Source: a virus (lineage: Duplodnaviria > Heunggongvirae > Uroviricota > Caudoviricetes). From it: a DNA stretch of 38,208 bases. This document shows, one piece after another, positions 9,963-19,823 of this stretch. The stretch lies in the IMG/VR virus record IMGVR_UViG_3300029705_000040, positions 1-38,208 of that record; one strand, 5' to 3'. The notes below the pieces were generated by a model that ran no database searches, had not been told where the DNA came from, and saw only the letters and a list, made by a program, of their open reading frames with translations. Position numbers and translations under genes: made by a program. Each line of letters begins with the position of its first letter. Position 1 is the first letter of the stretch.

Positions 9963-10493
9963 ATGGAAAACTTAGAAGAAGATTTTAATGTGCTTGAAGA
10001 TTTAGAAACACCAGAAGAACATGAACGCTTTTTACTGGAGATGGCTAATGTTCGGGGAAAATCTGTTAAGGTTGAAGACATTGATTTTTCTTTTTATATC
10101 TCCACAAAAGGTGATATTCAGCACGCTATAAGAATTAAGATTTGTTGGAATAGAGAGCGTATGCAATTAAATACCACTGGTATCCTCCAGTTACATGGTG
10201 ATTATGAATACTTCAATAGTCCTAATAGCAACTACAAACCAAAAAAGTACGAAGTAGAAACTGTTAGATATTTTGGTAAAAAATATAAAGTTCTATTTGC
10301 TGCTGTGTGGGAAGATAAGTTAGATGCATCTGACCTTGCTGCATACTTTACTGGGTATATAAGCTGGCAAGAACTTATGAAAAGTTTCATGGATATAGAT
10401 GAAGAAGTTCTTGAAGTAATAGCTAATTGTAGGGGTTTGAAGGATTTAGAATTTGCAGTACGTAAAAACAACGCTTTTAATATGAACGATTGA
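9963..10493 (+). CDS. Hypothetical phage protein (LLEMAN motif)
   Basis: ORF 9930-10493; ATG 9963 just after the previous stop is the likelier start. Confidence 0.7.
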   Translation: MENLEEDFNVLEDLETPEEHERFLLEMANVRGKSVKVEDIDFSFYISTKGDIQHAIRIKICWNRERMQLNTTGILQLHGDYEYFNSPNSNYKPKKYEVETVRYFGKKYKVLFAAVWEDKLDASDLAAYFTGYISWQELMKSFMDIDEEVLEVIANCRGLKDLEFAVRKNNAFNMND

Positions 10494-10501
10494 GGTGAAC
10501 T

Positions 10502-10870
10502 ATGTTTGAAGATATTATATTAAAAACTGAACAGCATCTAATTTTTGTAGATCCTAACTGGACCTTCTTTTGGATTTTTGTTGTAGGCATCTCCATTTTA
10601 GGCTTTTTATCATTTGTGTTCGCATTCAAAAATCTTTTTTTGAAGAAAATGAATATGCTTTTAACAAGTTTAGGCTGCACTGTTATGATGAGTCTAATAA
10701 TCTGTGTATTAGGTTATTTTATTGCAACAGTTCCATATGTAGGTACCCCACACTATGAAAATTACTACCATGTAGAAGCAGAAAAATTTTATGTCTATGA
10801 AGAAAGAGATGAGTACGAGATTGTTCGACAGGAAGATAAAATATTAGTTGTAAGAGAGAAAACAGATTGA
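10502..10870 (+). CDS. Two-TM membrane protein, paralog of 25818 and 26209
   Basis: Two hydrophobic helices, then the C-terminal motif YEIVRQEDKILVVREK. Confidence 0.7.
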   Translation: MFEDIILKTEQHLIFVDPNWTFFWIFVVGISILGFLSFVFAFKNLFLKKMNMLLTSLGCTVMMSLIICVLGYFIATVPYVGTPHYENYYHVEAEKFYVYEERDEYEIVRQEDKILVVREKTD

Positions 10871-11409
10871 TGTTTTTAGATTATAATCTTATAGATAAAA
10901 ATATAGAAGAAAAATCTGGAATATACATCTTTTACAGAGAGTAGGAAGGTTTTAAGTTCGCTTATGTTGGCTAGTCTATAAATTGTAGAAATAGAATAAT
11001 TTAGCATCTCAAGGGCTACGATCAGCATATAGATTTAAGTATTCGTAAACATGGATTGTATTCCGAAGAAAATCTAACTGGATATAAAGTAACTATAGCT
11101 GAATATTGCAATGAAGATGTATTAGATGAAAAAGAATTATTCTATTGCAAAAAATGGGCTAATGAAGGATATCAACTTAGAAACACTACTAGCGGAAGTT
11201 AGGGTCCAGGAAAGTTTGGTATAAACCCTAATAAATCCAGTAAGGGTTATCGAGATGGAGTTGCTTATGGTTATAAAAAAGCACAAAAAGAAATAAAACA
11301 TCTTTTTGAAAAGCATTTAGAGGTATCGATAAAGGGTAAGCCTAATAAAAATAAACAAAAAGCTTTAGATAAATTTAATACATTTATAGATAATACCACA
11401 GGAAATTAA
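10870..11409 (+). CDS. Free-standing GIY-YIG nuclease (179 aa), absent from the ORF track because of 4 in-frame TAG
   Basis: ATG overlaps the upstream TGA; SGIYIF...YVG[TAG]S...RII[TAG]HLKGYDQHID...RNTTSGS[TAG]G; TAG at 10942, 10972, 11002, 11200; TAA 11407-09. Confidence 0.88.
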
Positions 11410-11422
11410 GAACCTGTGGTAT
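11393..11422 (+). terminator. Intrinsic terminator
   Basis: ATACCACAGG-10 nt-CCTGTGGTAT followed by TTTT. Confidence 0.8.
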
Positions 11423-11428
11423 TTTTAG

Positions 11429-11457
11429 TTGATTTATTTTTAAATTTATTATATAAT
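11429..11457 (+). promoter_or_regulatory. Phage promoter AG-TTGATT-N17-TATAAT
   Basis: Exact 17-nt spacer. Confidence 0.85.
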
Positions 11458-11489
11458 ATATTTGCGAATAAAATATTAAGGGTTTAATA

Positions 11490-11672
11490 ATGAAAAACAA
11501 AATTGTACTCAAAATACCTAAAATAGATATTAAAAAAGAAACACCTGAACAAAGACTTGAGCGAGTACGTCATGGTAATGTTTTGAGAACCAGGGTTGTT
11601 CCTAATAAGAAAAAGCTTACAAATAAGCAACAGAGACAGAGTGATAGCAGAGAGATTAAAGATTATGTCTAA
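11490..11672 (+). CDS. Small basic protein
   Basis: 60 aa, K/R-rich, first gene after the promoter. Confidence 0.7.
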   Translation: MKNKIVLKIPKIDIKKETPEQRLERVRHGNVLRTRVVPNKKKLTNKQQRQSDSREIKDYV

Positions 11673-11832
11673 AAAGAAAGAGCCTATATATGAGCCAAAA
11701 GCTGAAAATGATTGGGACGAATATGCAAATTGGAAATATTTTAATTGCATAAAATGTGGTGGTAGAGTTGGTAAGTATTCTTACCCACTTCGTTGCCCTC
11801 ACTGTAGTGTAAAACTTAAAGAAAGAACTTGA
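11665..11832 (+). CDS. Small zinc-ribbon protein
   Basis: CIKC...CPHC; ATG 11665 overlaps the previous stop region. Confidence 0.65.
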   Translation: MSKKKEPIYEPKAENDWDEYANWKYFNCIKCGGRVGKYSYPLRCPHCSVKLKERT

Positions 11833-11840
11833 GGTGAAAT

Positions 11841-12002
11841 ATGAAAGACTTAAATGTTGGCGATTTAGTTGTTGTACCTGGGTGTAGATTTGGTACAATA
11901 AAGGCTATTTCCAGTACCCATGCAATTGTTGAAATTGAAATTACTGAATATAATGATGTTATTGAGGAAACATATCCTTTAGATAATATAGCGAAGGTGT
12001 AA
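11841..12002 (+). CDS. Small KOW/SH3-like protein (53 aa, not in ORF track)
   Basis: GAGGTG RBS; MKDLNVGDLVVVPGCRFGTIKAI... Confidence 0.65.
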   Translation: MKDLNVGDLVVVPGCRFGTIKAISSTHAIVEIEITEYNDVIEETYPLDNIAKV

Positions 12003-12004
12003 TT

Positions 12005-12448
12005 ATGAGAATAATCAAGTCAACAGAAACTCAAACCAAAATTTTATATGAAAGCTTTGATGGTAAGACTTTTGATACTGAACACAGATGCAAACTGCAC
12101 GAAGCTAAGGATATTTATGAAACATACGTGCAAGAGTTAGTGTTTATGGATAATATTTATGATACATTTAAGTGTAATGATCCAGATGATTGGTATTATA
12201 TAATTTATTATCTTAGATTTAATTTATGTAGCAGCTTTAATATCTATGAGAAGGACTTTTCAAAATACGCAGGTAAGCAATTGATCGTAGAATATGATTC
12301 TGGAGAAGATTGGGATTTATGCAATCTGATTTGTGCTGATACGTTTATTAAGAATTTAGAAGAAACAATTTCTGAAACTCAAAACAGCATTGATAAGCTC
12401 AAATTTTTATCGAAGCTTCCACCCCTAGTCTCTAGCAAGGAATGGTAA
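12005..12448 (+). CDS. Hypothetical protein
   Basis: 147 aa, translationally coupled. Confidence 0.7.
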   Translation: MRIIKSTETQTKILYESFDGKTFDTEHRCKLHEAKDIYETYVQELVFMDNIYDTFKCNDPDDWYYIIYYLRFNLCSSFNIYEKDFSKYAGKQLIVEYDSGEDWDLCNLICADTFIKNLEETISETQNSIDKLKFLSKLPPLVSSKEW

Positions 12449-12696
12449 TTATGACAAGAATAGATGTTGTAGATATTTATAAAACGATTAAAGATGAGCT
12501 TTCTATTTATCCAGATGTTTGGGATGAAAAATGTTGGGAATTAGCTTGCACAATTCATGCTAAATATAAAAATGAGCGAGTTAACCCTAAATATAATTCT
12601 ACTACAGATGGAATAAAAAGATATGAGTGCGCAGTTTGTGGAAAAGAAGTCACTGGCTGCGATTATTGTCCAAGATGTGGTGTAAGATTAATTTAA
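12442..12696 (+). CDS. Zinc-ribbon protein
   Basis: CAVC...CPRC at the C-terminus. Confidence 0.7.
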   Translation: MVIMTRIDVVDIYKTIKDELSIYPDVWDEKCWELACTIHAKYKNERVNPKYNSTTDGIKRYECAVCGKEVTGCDYCPRCGVRLI

Positions 12697-12712
12697 TAAA
12701 ATGGGGTTAAAC

Positions 12713-12871
12713 ATGAGTAGAGAAGAAATGTTAGGAATATTAATCGCTGTAGGTATAATGATTGCATGCATACCTATTAGAATGTTTGCAGATTGGCTTT
12801 TTGAGAGGTGGGTATGCAAAGATTGTAACTGCAAGGGTTGCTGTGAGAAAAGAAATATTGAGGATAAATAA
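12713..12871 (+). CDS. Small membrane protein with Cys-rich tail (52 aa, not in ORF track)
   Basis: One TM helix then CKDCNCKGCC. Confidence 0.55.
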   Translation: MSREEMLGILIAVGIMIACIPIRMFADWLFERWVCKDCNCKGCCEKRNIEDK

Positions 12872-12874
12872 ATT

Positions 12875-13075
12875 ATGTTAAACACTAAGTTATCAGATAG
12901 TGAAAAAGAATCTTTATTGAAACATTTGTTAACATATGTCAGTCTCGAAGAGCAAAAGATAAATGGTGATTATAGCTATATAATTCATTTTAATAAAGAT
13001 CAGTTTATTCCTTTTGATTATGCGCAACTTATAAAGAAAGCAATTCTAAATATACAAAATAATGTGATTATGTGA
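12875..13075 (+). CDS. Hypothetical protein
   Basis: 66 aa ORF. Confidence 0.6.
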   Translation: MLNTKLSDSEKESLLKHLLTYVSLEEQKINGDYSYIIHFNKDQFIPFDYAQLIKKAILNIQNNVIM

Positions 13076-13089
13076 GGTGATATACGATT

Positions 13090-13983
13090 ATGCTTAGTAT
13101 TAGAAAAGGTTGTTTTGAAACGAATTCAAGCTCAATGCATTCTATTTGTATTGCTAAAGAATTTAGAAATGGCTACGACGATTGGGATTTAACTTTAGGT
13201 AATGGTTATAATGTAGATAAAAAAACTAATACATTCCATCTACTTCAATTTTCTAGTGATGATTCCGAATTTCATAGAGCTCCATTTAGGATTTTAGATA
13301 GACCAATTGATAAATTGCGTTATTTGGTAGGGTTATTTGTTAGATATAATTATCATAAGGATAGAAAAGGATCTGAAGCTTTCGAGTATTATATCGAACC
13401 AGAAGCTAAAGATAAATTTGACGCGCTCATTAAAAAAGCGACTGGATGTGAGAATGTGCAATATTATCACGAAGGATTTGCTGGTGAGAAAAATTATCCA
13501 GATACGTCTTTAACAAATGATAGCGGCGAAAATGTTTATGCATTTATAAAGAGAAAAAATTTATCTTTCGAAGATGTTGTTTTTGATCCTAGAATTACAA
13601 TTCAGGTAGATGGGGATGAATATCAAGTGTTTAAGAAGCTGTTTGATAATAATCTTATCGATAGAAATGCTATTGAGGACATATCAAGTGGTTTCGAGTT
13701 CTGGTATGATGAAAATATCTATGTAGATGTTAAACGTCTCGCATGCAGAAAACATGATTGCTATGATAACATGACATATTTTGATTATATATGGGATAAT
13801 ATGCAGGGGAAGACGCTTATTGAGTTATATGCTAGGGAAGCTTGTTCTGAAACTGCTTGGAGAAAATTGCGGAAAATCGCCGATCAATTTAATATTAAAA
13901 AGTTCTCTGGGGTGAGTGGGGTGCATGATAAACATTTTCTTGAAAAATATTTCCCTGATATTGAGGTAAGTTATGTTAAATGA
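13090..13983 (+). CDS. Phage protein of the R-x-x-x-FETNSSS-x-H family
   Basis: MLSIRKGCFETNSSSMHSICI; paralog at 26608. Confidence 0.75.
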   Translation: MLSIRKGCFETNSSSMHSICIAKEFRNGYDDWDLTLGNGYNVDKKTNTFHLLQFSSDDSEFHRAPFRILDRPIDKLRYLVGLFVRYNYHKDRKGSEAFEYYIEPEAKDKFDALIKKATGCENVQYYHEGFAGEKNYPDTSLTNDSGENVYAFIKRKNLSFEDVVFDPRITIQVDGDEYQVFKKLFDNNLIDRNAIEDISSGFEFWYDENIYVDVKRLACRKHDCYDNMTYFDYIWDNMQGKTLIELYAREACSETAWRKLRKIADQFNIKKFSGVSGVHDKHFLEKYFPDIEVSYVK

Positions 13984-14263
13984 CGCTAAAATTGGCCAAG
14001 CTGTTTTATTTCCCAATGTTTATGGTGAGACATACTCAACAAAGTATTCTTATAGATATGGAAATGTTATGGCTGGTTTTGTGACTGATATTGAATACAT
14101 AGAAGCTAGAAAGCTTTATTTATATACGATTGGTACTATTAATCCTATGGATAACACAAAAGTTGTTTATAGAACACTCGGGGAACATCGTTTATATGCC
14201 ATTAATGATTATGAAAATTGTTTTGCAGAAGTGAAGAGACTAGCTCAAAAAGTGGAGAATTAA
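13973..14263 (+). CDS. Hypothetical protein
   Basis: 96 aa, overlapping start and stop. Confidence 0.7.
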   Translation: MLNDAKIGQAVLFPNVYGETYSTKYSYRYGNVMAGFVTDIEYIEARKLYLYTIGTINPMDNTKVVYRTLGEHRLYAINDYENCFAEVKRLAQKVEN

Positions 14264-14267
14264 TTAT

Positions 14268-15014
14268 ATGGATAATGTAAAATTTGAGCCTTACGAAATC
14301 GAAGAATACCTCAAAAATAACGCTGAGTATAAAATTACTAGTTTAATACTTGCTAATCAAGCTAAAACATTAACTTATGGTCATATTCTTAATTATATTT
14401 ATGCTTTAAAGTGTGAGTTGGCTGGTGCAGATAGCAAAATCAATCAGTTAGAAGAAATCGTAGCTGACCAAAAAAGACAAATTAATGGCTATGTATCTGA
14501 TCAAGAAGTTTATATTAGCGGGTATCAAGGAATACAAAAAGAAAATGAACAACTGAAAGTCGAAGTTAAAAGATTGACTGAACAGTCTGGTAAACATGTT
14601 ATTGAAAGCGACCATTGGAAGAGTATGCATGATGTACTAGCAGAGAGTTATACTAAGTTGAAAAATGATTTTGATAATCTTGAAGAAAAGTATCGTTTAT
14701 ACAAAGATGCAAATAATGTGATTAAGGAAAAAGCTGCTAAGCTACAAAAAGAAAATATTGAGTTGAGAAGCGAAAATGCTAGAAAAGATTTGCAATTACA
14801 ATTTCAAACAGTTGAAGCAGATATCGCAAATGCTTTAACTCAAAAACTTAGATTTTTTATTAGAGATGTTCTGATAGAAGCAGATAAAAAAGCTGAGGAA
14901 ATCGGCGACTGTGATGAGACTGAGCGTGTCGTATATTTCACTATTGCTGATTATAAACTGGCTGAGTTAGCTAAAAAATTTACTATAGATCTGGATTTAA
15001 AAGATGAACGATAA
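14268..15014 (+). CDS. Coiled-coil protein
   Basis: Long E/K/Q/L heptad stretch. Confidence 0.7.
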   Translation: MDNVKFEPYEIEEYLKNNAEYKITSLILANQAKTLTYGHILNYIYALKCELAGADSKINQLEEIVADQKRQINGYVSDQEVYISGYQGIQKENEQLKVEVKRLTEQSGKHVIESDHWKSMHDVLAESYTKLKNDFDNLEEKYRLYKDANNVIKEKAAKLQKENIELRSENARKDLQLQFQTVEADIANALTQKLRFFIRDVLIEADKKAEEIGDCDETERVVYFTIADYKLAELAKKFTIDLDLKDER

Positions 15015-15291
15015 AGTATTATTTGACGCATTACCTATAGATGAGAAATTTAAAAAATTATTTGATCAGTATAAGCGAGAAATTCAAGAAAAAGTCCTTT
15101 ACGATGTTTTAATAAGATTTTATTTCGCTGATTGGACTAGAGCTTGCGATTATGAAAATATGACTGCGGAAGAAGTTGTAAACGCTGCAATGGAAGTCTG
15201 TCATAAGATTGAAAAAGACTATAATTATGATGTGGATGATGATATTCTTCCAAGCCCATTTTCTGGACCTTATTATGATGTTGAGGACTAA
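15004..15291 (+). CDS. Hypothetical protein
   Basis: 95 aa. Confidence 0.7.
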   Translation: MNDKVLFDALPIDEKFKKLFDQYKREIQEKVLYDVLIRFYFADWTRACDYENMTAEEVVNAAMEVCHKIEKDYNYDVDDDILPSPFSGPYYDVED

Positions 15292-15293
15292 AT

Positions 15294-15497
15294 ATGAAAT
15301 GTATATTAACAGATAATATTAGATATAAAGTATGTCCACATTGTGATACTATTTTCATATATGACCAGGAATTTAATACGTATAATGTATTTGATGATAA
15401 AGGAAACGCAACTCTCATGGTTGAGTGTCCTGAGTGTAGAAAGTCATCAAAAGATGAGTTTTCAGAAAGTCTTATGAGGAGAATCAATAACACATGA
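15294..15497 (+). CDS. Small zinc-ribbon protein
   Basis: CPHC...CPEC. Confidence 0.7.
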   Translation: MKCILTDNIRYKVCPHCDTIFIYDQEFNTYNVFDDKGNATLMVECPECRKSSKDEFSESLMRRINNT

Positions 15498-16276
15498 TTA
15501 AAGACGAATTGGGTGATAGAATCAAATCAAACTATGAAAATAGAGCTAAAACATATTTATTGAGACGTACACCAGTTATCGTTAGAATTGATGTACGAGC
15601 GTTTCACACTTTAACTAAAAAATTTGAAAAGCCGTTTGATACTATCTTTGGTATGGCTATGCAGATGACTTTAGAAGATATTTGCAAGGAAACACCTGGT
15701 GTTGTTTTTGGTTATGTACAAAGTGATGAAATCTCTATTTTATTGCAAGATTATGCTACTAAACAAACAGAAGCATTTTTTGATTACGCTGTGCAAAAGA
15801 TAAGCTCAGTTATGGCTGGTGTAGCTACTATGTACTTTAATAGAAATTTTCAAAAATTAATTGTGCAGCAAGCAAAATTAGGTATCGATCCATTGAAATA
15901 TCTCGATAAAAATCTTAATCCACTTATGGGTAGCTTCGATGCTAGATGTTTTAACATTCCTAAAGAAGAAGTTTGCAATTATTTTATTTGGCGTCAAAAT
16001 GATGCAAGTAAAAATAGTGTGCAGATGCTAGCTAGGTCGCTTTTTTCACATAAGGATTTGCAAGGTTTAAATCTTTCTCAATTGCAAGATAAAATGATGC
16101 TTGAGAAAGATGTTAATTGGAACGATTTAGAGATTTGGAAAAAACGCGGTGCATGCTGTGTTAGAGACTCTGAAACTAGAAAATGGTTTATTGATAGAGC
16201 TATTCCTATTTTTACAGAAGATAGAGATTATGTAGATAAATTTGTTTATTTAACAGCTTATCAAGAAGAAAATTAA
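15494..16276 (+). CDS. thg1: tRNA-His guanylyltransferase Thg1-like protein
   Basis: VRIDVRAFHTLT, YVQSDEISILL, SFDAR, NYFIWRQNDASKNS, VNWNDLEIWKKRG. Confidence 0.9.
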   Translation: MIKDELGDRIKSNYENRAKTYLLRRTPVIVRIDVRAFHTLTKKFEKPFDTIFGMAMQMTLEDICKETPGVVFGYVQSDEISILLQDYATKQTEAFFDYAVQKISSVMAGVATMYFNRNFQKLIVQQAKLGIDPLKYLDKNLNPLMGSFDARCFNIPKEEVCNYFIWRQNDASKNSVQMLARSLFSHKDLQGLNLSQLQDKMMLEKDVNWNDLEIWKKRGACCVRDSETRKWFIDRAIPIFTEDRDYVDKFVYLTAYQEEN

Positions 16277-16284
16277 TATAAAAT

Positions 16285-16315
16285 AAAGTATACAGTACAT
16301 ATTCCTGTATACTTT
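16285..16315 (+). terminator. Intrinsic terminator
   Basis: AAAGTATACAG-9 nt-CTGTATACTTT. Confidence 0.75.
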
Positions 16316-16335
16316 TATGATATTGGAGGCTTATT

Positions 16336-16728
16336 ATGAGTGATTATGAAAGAAATAAAGCATTAAGATTACCCCTTGAAAAATATGGTTATGAGGAAGA
16401 TCCATATAAAATTGAGAGCGAAAATCCTGCTGCTTTTAATAGAAGATATGGGGTAGATGAGAAGTTTTTTGAGGTTGTAGGAACAGATAATGGAAAGCAT
16501 TACTTAGATTATGTTCTTGAAAGCGACTATGGTGCTGACGCAGGTGATTTTGCTAAATCTAGAGCTCTATCAAAAAGAGAGAAAGATAAGTATTTAGGAA
16601 CATTCCAACAACTTATTCCAAACGTAAATATGGATGATGTGCGTTTAGTCGAATACTGTTGGTATAATTGTAGTGAGCCAATGGATATTTATAATGAAAC
16701 AACAGATCCATTTTACAAGGAAATATAA
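16336..16728 (+). CDS. Hypothetical protein
   Basis: 130 aa; GGAGG RBS. Confidence 0.75.
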   Translation: MSDYERNKALRLPLEKYGYEEDPYKIESENPAAFNRRYGVDEKFFEVVGTDNGKHYLDYVLESDYGADAGDFAKSRALSKREKDKYLGTFQQLIPNVNMDDVRLVEYCWYNCSEPMDIYNETTDPFYKEI

Positions 16729-16730
16729 GT

Positions 16731-17024
16731 ATGGAAAAATACTACAAAGCTAAGCCATCAGCTCTTCCATTCGTAGAAGAAGTTAAAGGGGAGTTATACA
16801 CAAACGCTATAAAAGATAGTGATGGGACCTTAGTTAGTACTGGCGAGTATTATTTGAGAAATTATTACACTACATTTGATGCGGATAATTTAGAAATAAT
16901 GATAAACTACGTAGATTATAGAGTGGATGAAAGTACCTTAGAAGAGGTTCCAGAACAGATTATAGATTTATCAGATTATAATCCGATGTACGAAGCAGGT
17001 AAATATTATGTTAGGAAACATTAA
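16731..17024 (+). CDS. Hypothetical protein (YopX-like region)
   Basis: 97 aa; family resemblance is weak. Confidence 0.6.
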   Translation: MEKYYKAKPSALPFVEEVKGELYTNAIKDSDGTLVSTGEYYLRNYYTTFDADNLEIMINYVDYRVDESTLEEVPEQIIDLSDYNPMYEAGKYYVRKH

Positions 17025-17703
17025 TTTATTTGAAATTTGTAAAGAGTATTATCCTGGATTAAATTTAGATAATCTAGATTATAAGATTGAAAAATTTGGT
17101 GATTTAGAGCGAATTGAAATTTGGTTAAATGATCACTCACCTATATATTGCTTATGTGATAGAAATTATATGCATTGGTATGGTGATCATGGCTCATTTT
17201 CTTTTGATTGCACCTGGAAACCTAGCGTAAGAAATCTTCCATACAACTCGCCTAGCTATATGTTTGAGAAACTTGATCAAACAGCTATTTTGGGAGCTGG
17301 AAAAGAATTTAACGCTACGAAAGCTAGAAAAGCTATTTTAGATCACTTATTTAATAGCAGTTGGTGGGAAGAGGAAGTATTAGAAGAAGATAAGCCAGTA
17401 ATAAAAGATTTGTTCGAGTGTGATTATATTTATTATAACAGTATTTGGGGTTTAGAGACTCAAAAAGAATATAATCAAGATATGTTAGAACAAATCGCAG
17501 CTGTTTTAGACTCATCATCAGACCAGTTTGATTTAATTAATCGATTGAGAGACCTTGATGACGCTAATCCATTGTTTGATGATGACTATTCTTTATACTA
17601 TGCTGGGGAAGTTATCTCACCACATTTTTATCTTATCTTTTATGCGTTAAGTGTAGTAGCAGATTTAGAAATAAAGAAGGAAGAAAAGAGTGAAAGTAAC
17701 TGA
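17008..17703 (+). CDS. Hypothetical protein
   Basis: 231 aa. Confidence 0.75.
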   Translation: MLGNINLFEICKEYYPGLNLDNLDYKIEKFGDLERIEIWLNDHSPIYCLCDRNYMHWYGDHGSFSFDCTWKPSVRNLPYNSPSYMFEKLDQTAILGAGKEFNATKARKAILDHLFNSSWWEEEVLEEDKPVIKDLFECDYIYYNSIWGLETQKEYNQDMLEQIAAVLDSSSDQFDLINRLRDLDDANPLFDDDYSLYYAGEVISPHFYLIFYALSVVADLEIKKEEKSESN

Positions 17704-17857
17704 AAATACTACAGTAAAAGAAATTCACGATATTTGCTTGAAACATCAAAAACAAAATAGAGATTGCGAATCATGTCCTATCTATAGATTTTGTATGCAA
17801 ATGACTATTAGTTACCCTAGTGGTTGGAAATTGGAGGTGGAACATGCTGAAAAGTAA
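17690..17857 (+). CDS. Small Cys-cluster protein (55 aa, not in ORF track)
   Basis: GTG start; C...CESCPIYRFC. Confidence 0.6.
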   Translation: MKVTENTTVKEIHDICLKHQKQNRDCESCPIYRFCMQMTISYPSGWKLEVEHAEK

Positions 17858-18245
17858 TGCATTAAAAATATTAGCTTTATAGAACATCGCTAGTGCGCAA
17901 AATAATAATGCTTCGGCCACTAGAGGTTTAGCTAGAGAGCAAAGCAAAACAAATGAGTTATTGCAAGAGCAGTTAGAAGTAAAAGATCGAGTAGATATAT
18001 CTATGCGAGAATATCAAGATCTTAAACATATAGAATCTTGCTTTCATGCTTATAGAGATATATTTAGTAATATACTAGCTAAAACTGATTTGAAACCAGA
18101 AGAACTTGCTACTGCTATGAAAAAAGAAGTGTCAGTTAGCTTCGATGAAAATCCAGCTGATTTAAGCATGCGATTACATATAGCATTAAACTTAGATATA
18201 CCAATATTTAGAATGCGAGAACTTTTAGAGAAAAATCGATTATGA
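17844..18245 (+). CDS. Hypothetical protein, 133 aa with TAG 17880-82 read through
   Basis: GGAGGTG RBS before ATG 17844, in frame with the ORF track fragment 17961-18245. Confidence 0.75.
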
Positions 18246-18652
18246 AAAAAGAAGAATTTGTTACAAATTTTGCAGTAGGCGATAAATTAATATCTGTTGG
18301 TTTAGATGATTATGGTCAATGTTATTTTATAGAGTGGGCGGAAGATGGTGAAATAAAAGAAGAATCGTGCGGCTCTTATAATACTGATTATAAAGGTTAT
18401 ATCGAATATAGATTTGGTGAACCAGCTGAACATTGCAAATATTATCCTAAAGAAAATATCTTTAATGGTGAAATTCCACAATTGAAAGATTGTGATAATC
18501 GTGGTACGTTTGGTTGGTGTGATAACTGTAAATATAATGATGTTAAATGGTATTCGCATAAACTGTTAGTAGAGTTAGGAATTATAGATAGAAGAGGAAA
18601 TATTTTAGAGCCATTTCAAGACTATTTGGAGAAATGTGATGACGAATCGTGA
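18242..18652 (+). CDS. Hypothetical Cys-containing protein
   Basis: 136 aa. Confidence 0.7.
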   Translation: MKKEEFVTNFAVGDKLISVGLDDYGQCYFIEWAEDGEIKEESCGSYNTDYKGYIEYRFGEPAEHCKYYPKENIFNGEIPQLKDCDNRGTFGWCDNCKYNDVKWYSHKLLVELGIIDRRGNILEPFQDYLEKCDDES

Positions 18653-18881
18653 GTACTTAAATACATTAGATAATAAAAATTTTGCTTTAGTTGTAGATAA
18701 TATAATGTTTCAATGCTTGAGTGAGGTGTTACTCATGAAAGCATCTAAATTACAGTCAGATAGAGACCCACTTAAAAAGTTTGAAGAAGAAGCTAAAGAA
18801 GCTGGATTTACTGATTTAGATAATCTAGGTATATTTAAGTTTTATAAGTGGTTAGAAGAGAAATATAATGAAAGTAATTAA
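18636..18881 (+). CDS. Hypothetical protein
   Basis: 81 aa. Confidence 0.65.
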   Translation: MMTNREYLNTLDNKNFALVVDNIMFQCLSEVLLMKASKLQSDRDPLKKFEEEAKEAGFTDLDNLGIFKFYKWLEEKYNESN

Positions 18882-19185
18882 GCACGGAAATAAGCATGTT
18901 GTACATAAGGAAAGAGCGACCTGTGAAATTTGTGATTGTGTGTTTGAGTTTACTCAAGCAGATTGTGAACCTAAGAATAAACTTATTGATAAAGAATCGA
19001 ATAAAGAGCTTGATATAACTAGTTTATTTTTAGGTGCTTTAACCTCAAAAGCTAATTATGGTGCTATCAAAACATTTTGTGTGACATGTCCAGAATGCAA
19101 AAGCAAATTTGATTTAAGAGAAGATATATTTATAGATTTAACGGAGGAATGGGAAAAACATGATAGCACAAAAACTGAAAAATAA
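18868..19185 (+). CDS. Zinc-ribbon protein
   Basis: CEIC...CPEC. Confidence 0.7.
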   Translation: MKVIKHGNKHVVHKERATCEICDCVFEFTQADCEPKNKLIDKESNKELDITSLFLGALTSKANYGAIKTFCVTCPECKSKFDLREDIFIDLTEEWEKHDSTKTEK

Positions 19186-19801
19186 TTACATAGCAATTGG
19201 TCAAAACACAACTTTGAGAGATGATGCTTTAGAAGTTATTTATGAGTTGAGGGTTGGGGAATTTTATCGATTAAGTAAAGCTACAAATGATTGGGTAGAG
19301 CGTTTAGCAGATAAGCGCGATATTATGTTTGTTAAATATGATGATGAAAATGCTAAAATCTGCAAAGAATTTGATAAAATACTATCTAGAAGGAAATTGT
19401 TTGTTGAAAAGCAAGAAGCTAGATTTAGCGAAGAAGAAGCATTGCAAGAAGAAATTTCTGACGCATTAGCAACTAAAGCTGATAAGCCAGTAAAGAAACC
19501 TTCTTATCCATCACTTATGATTGGAACATCTAGATTGCTTAGAATTCCTAGCAAACAAATCATAAAAATTTGTAAAAGAAAGGGTAAGTCTGATAATTAT
19601 AATAAACAAAACTCTGTATGTATTAGTAATGAGTGTAGAGAGATTTTCTTCTCAGATGTTAAGAAAACCGAGCATTTCAAGACTTCGCATCTTTATGAGC
19701 TGTTAAATAGCAATGAAGATGCTAATATCTATAATAAATGGGATGCACACATTACAAAAATTTATGAAGCTGGATTGGAGGCGATTGATGGTAATTCATA
19801 A
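19160..19801 (+). CDS. Hypothetical protein
   Basis: 213 aa. Confidence 0.7.
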   Translation: MIAQKLKNNYIAIGQNTTLRDDALEVIYELRVGEFYRLSKATNDWVERLADKRDIMFVKYDDENAKICKEFDKILSRRKLFVEKQEARFSEEEALQEEISDALATKADKPVKKPSYPSLMIGTSRLLRIPSKQIIKICKRKGKSDNYNKQNSVCISNECREIFFSDVKKTEHFKTSHLYELLNSNEDANIYNKWDAHITKIYEAGLEAIDGNS

Positions 19802-19823
19802 GTAGGATTGTTATATTGAGGAC

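Noticed and set aside
10570-10758. Alternative + strand ORF inside 10502-10870
   Set aside because: Fully nested in a better-supported gene, with no RBS.
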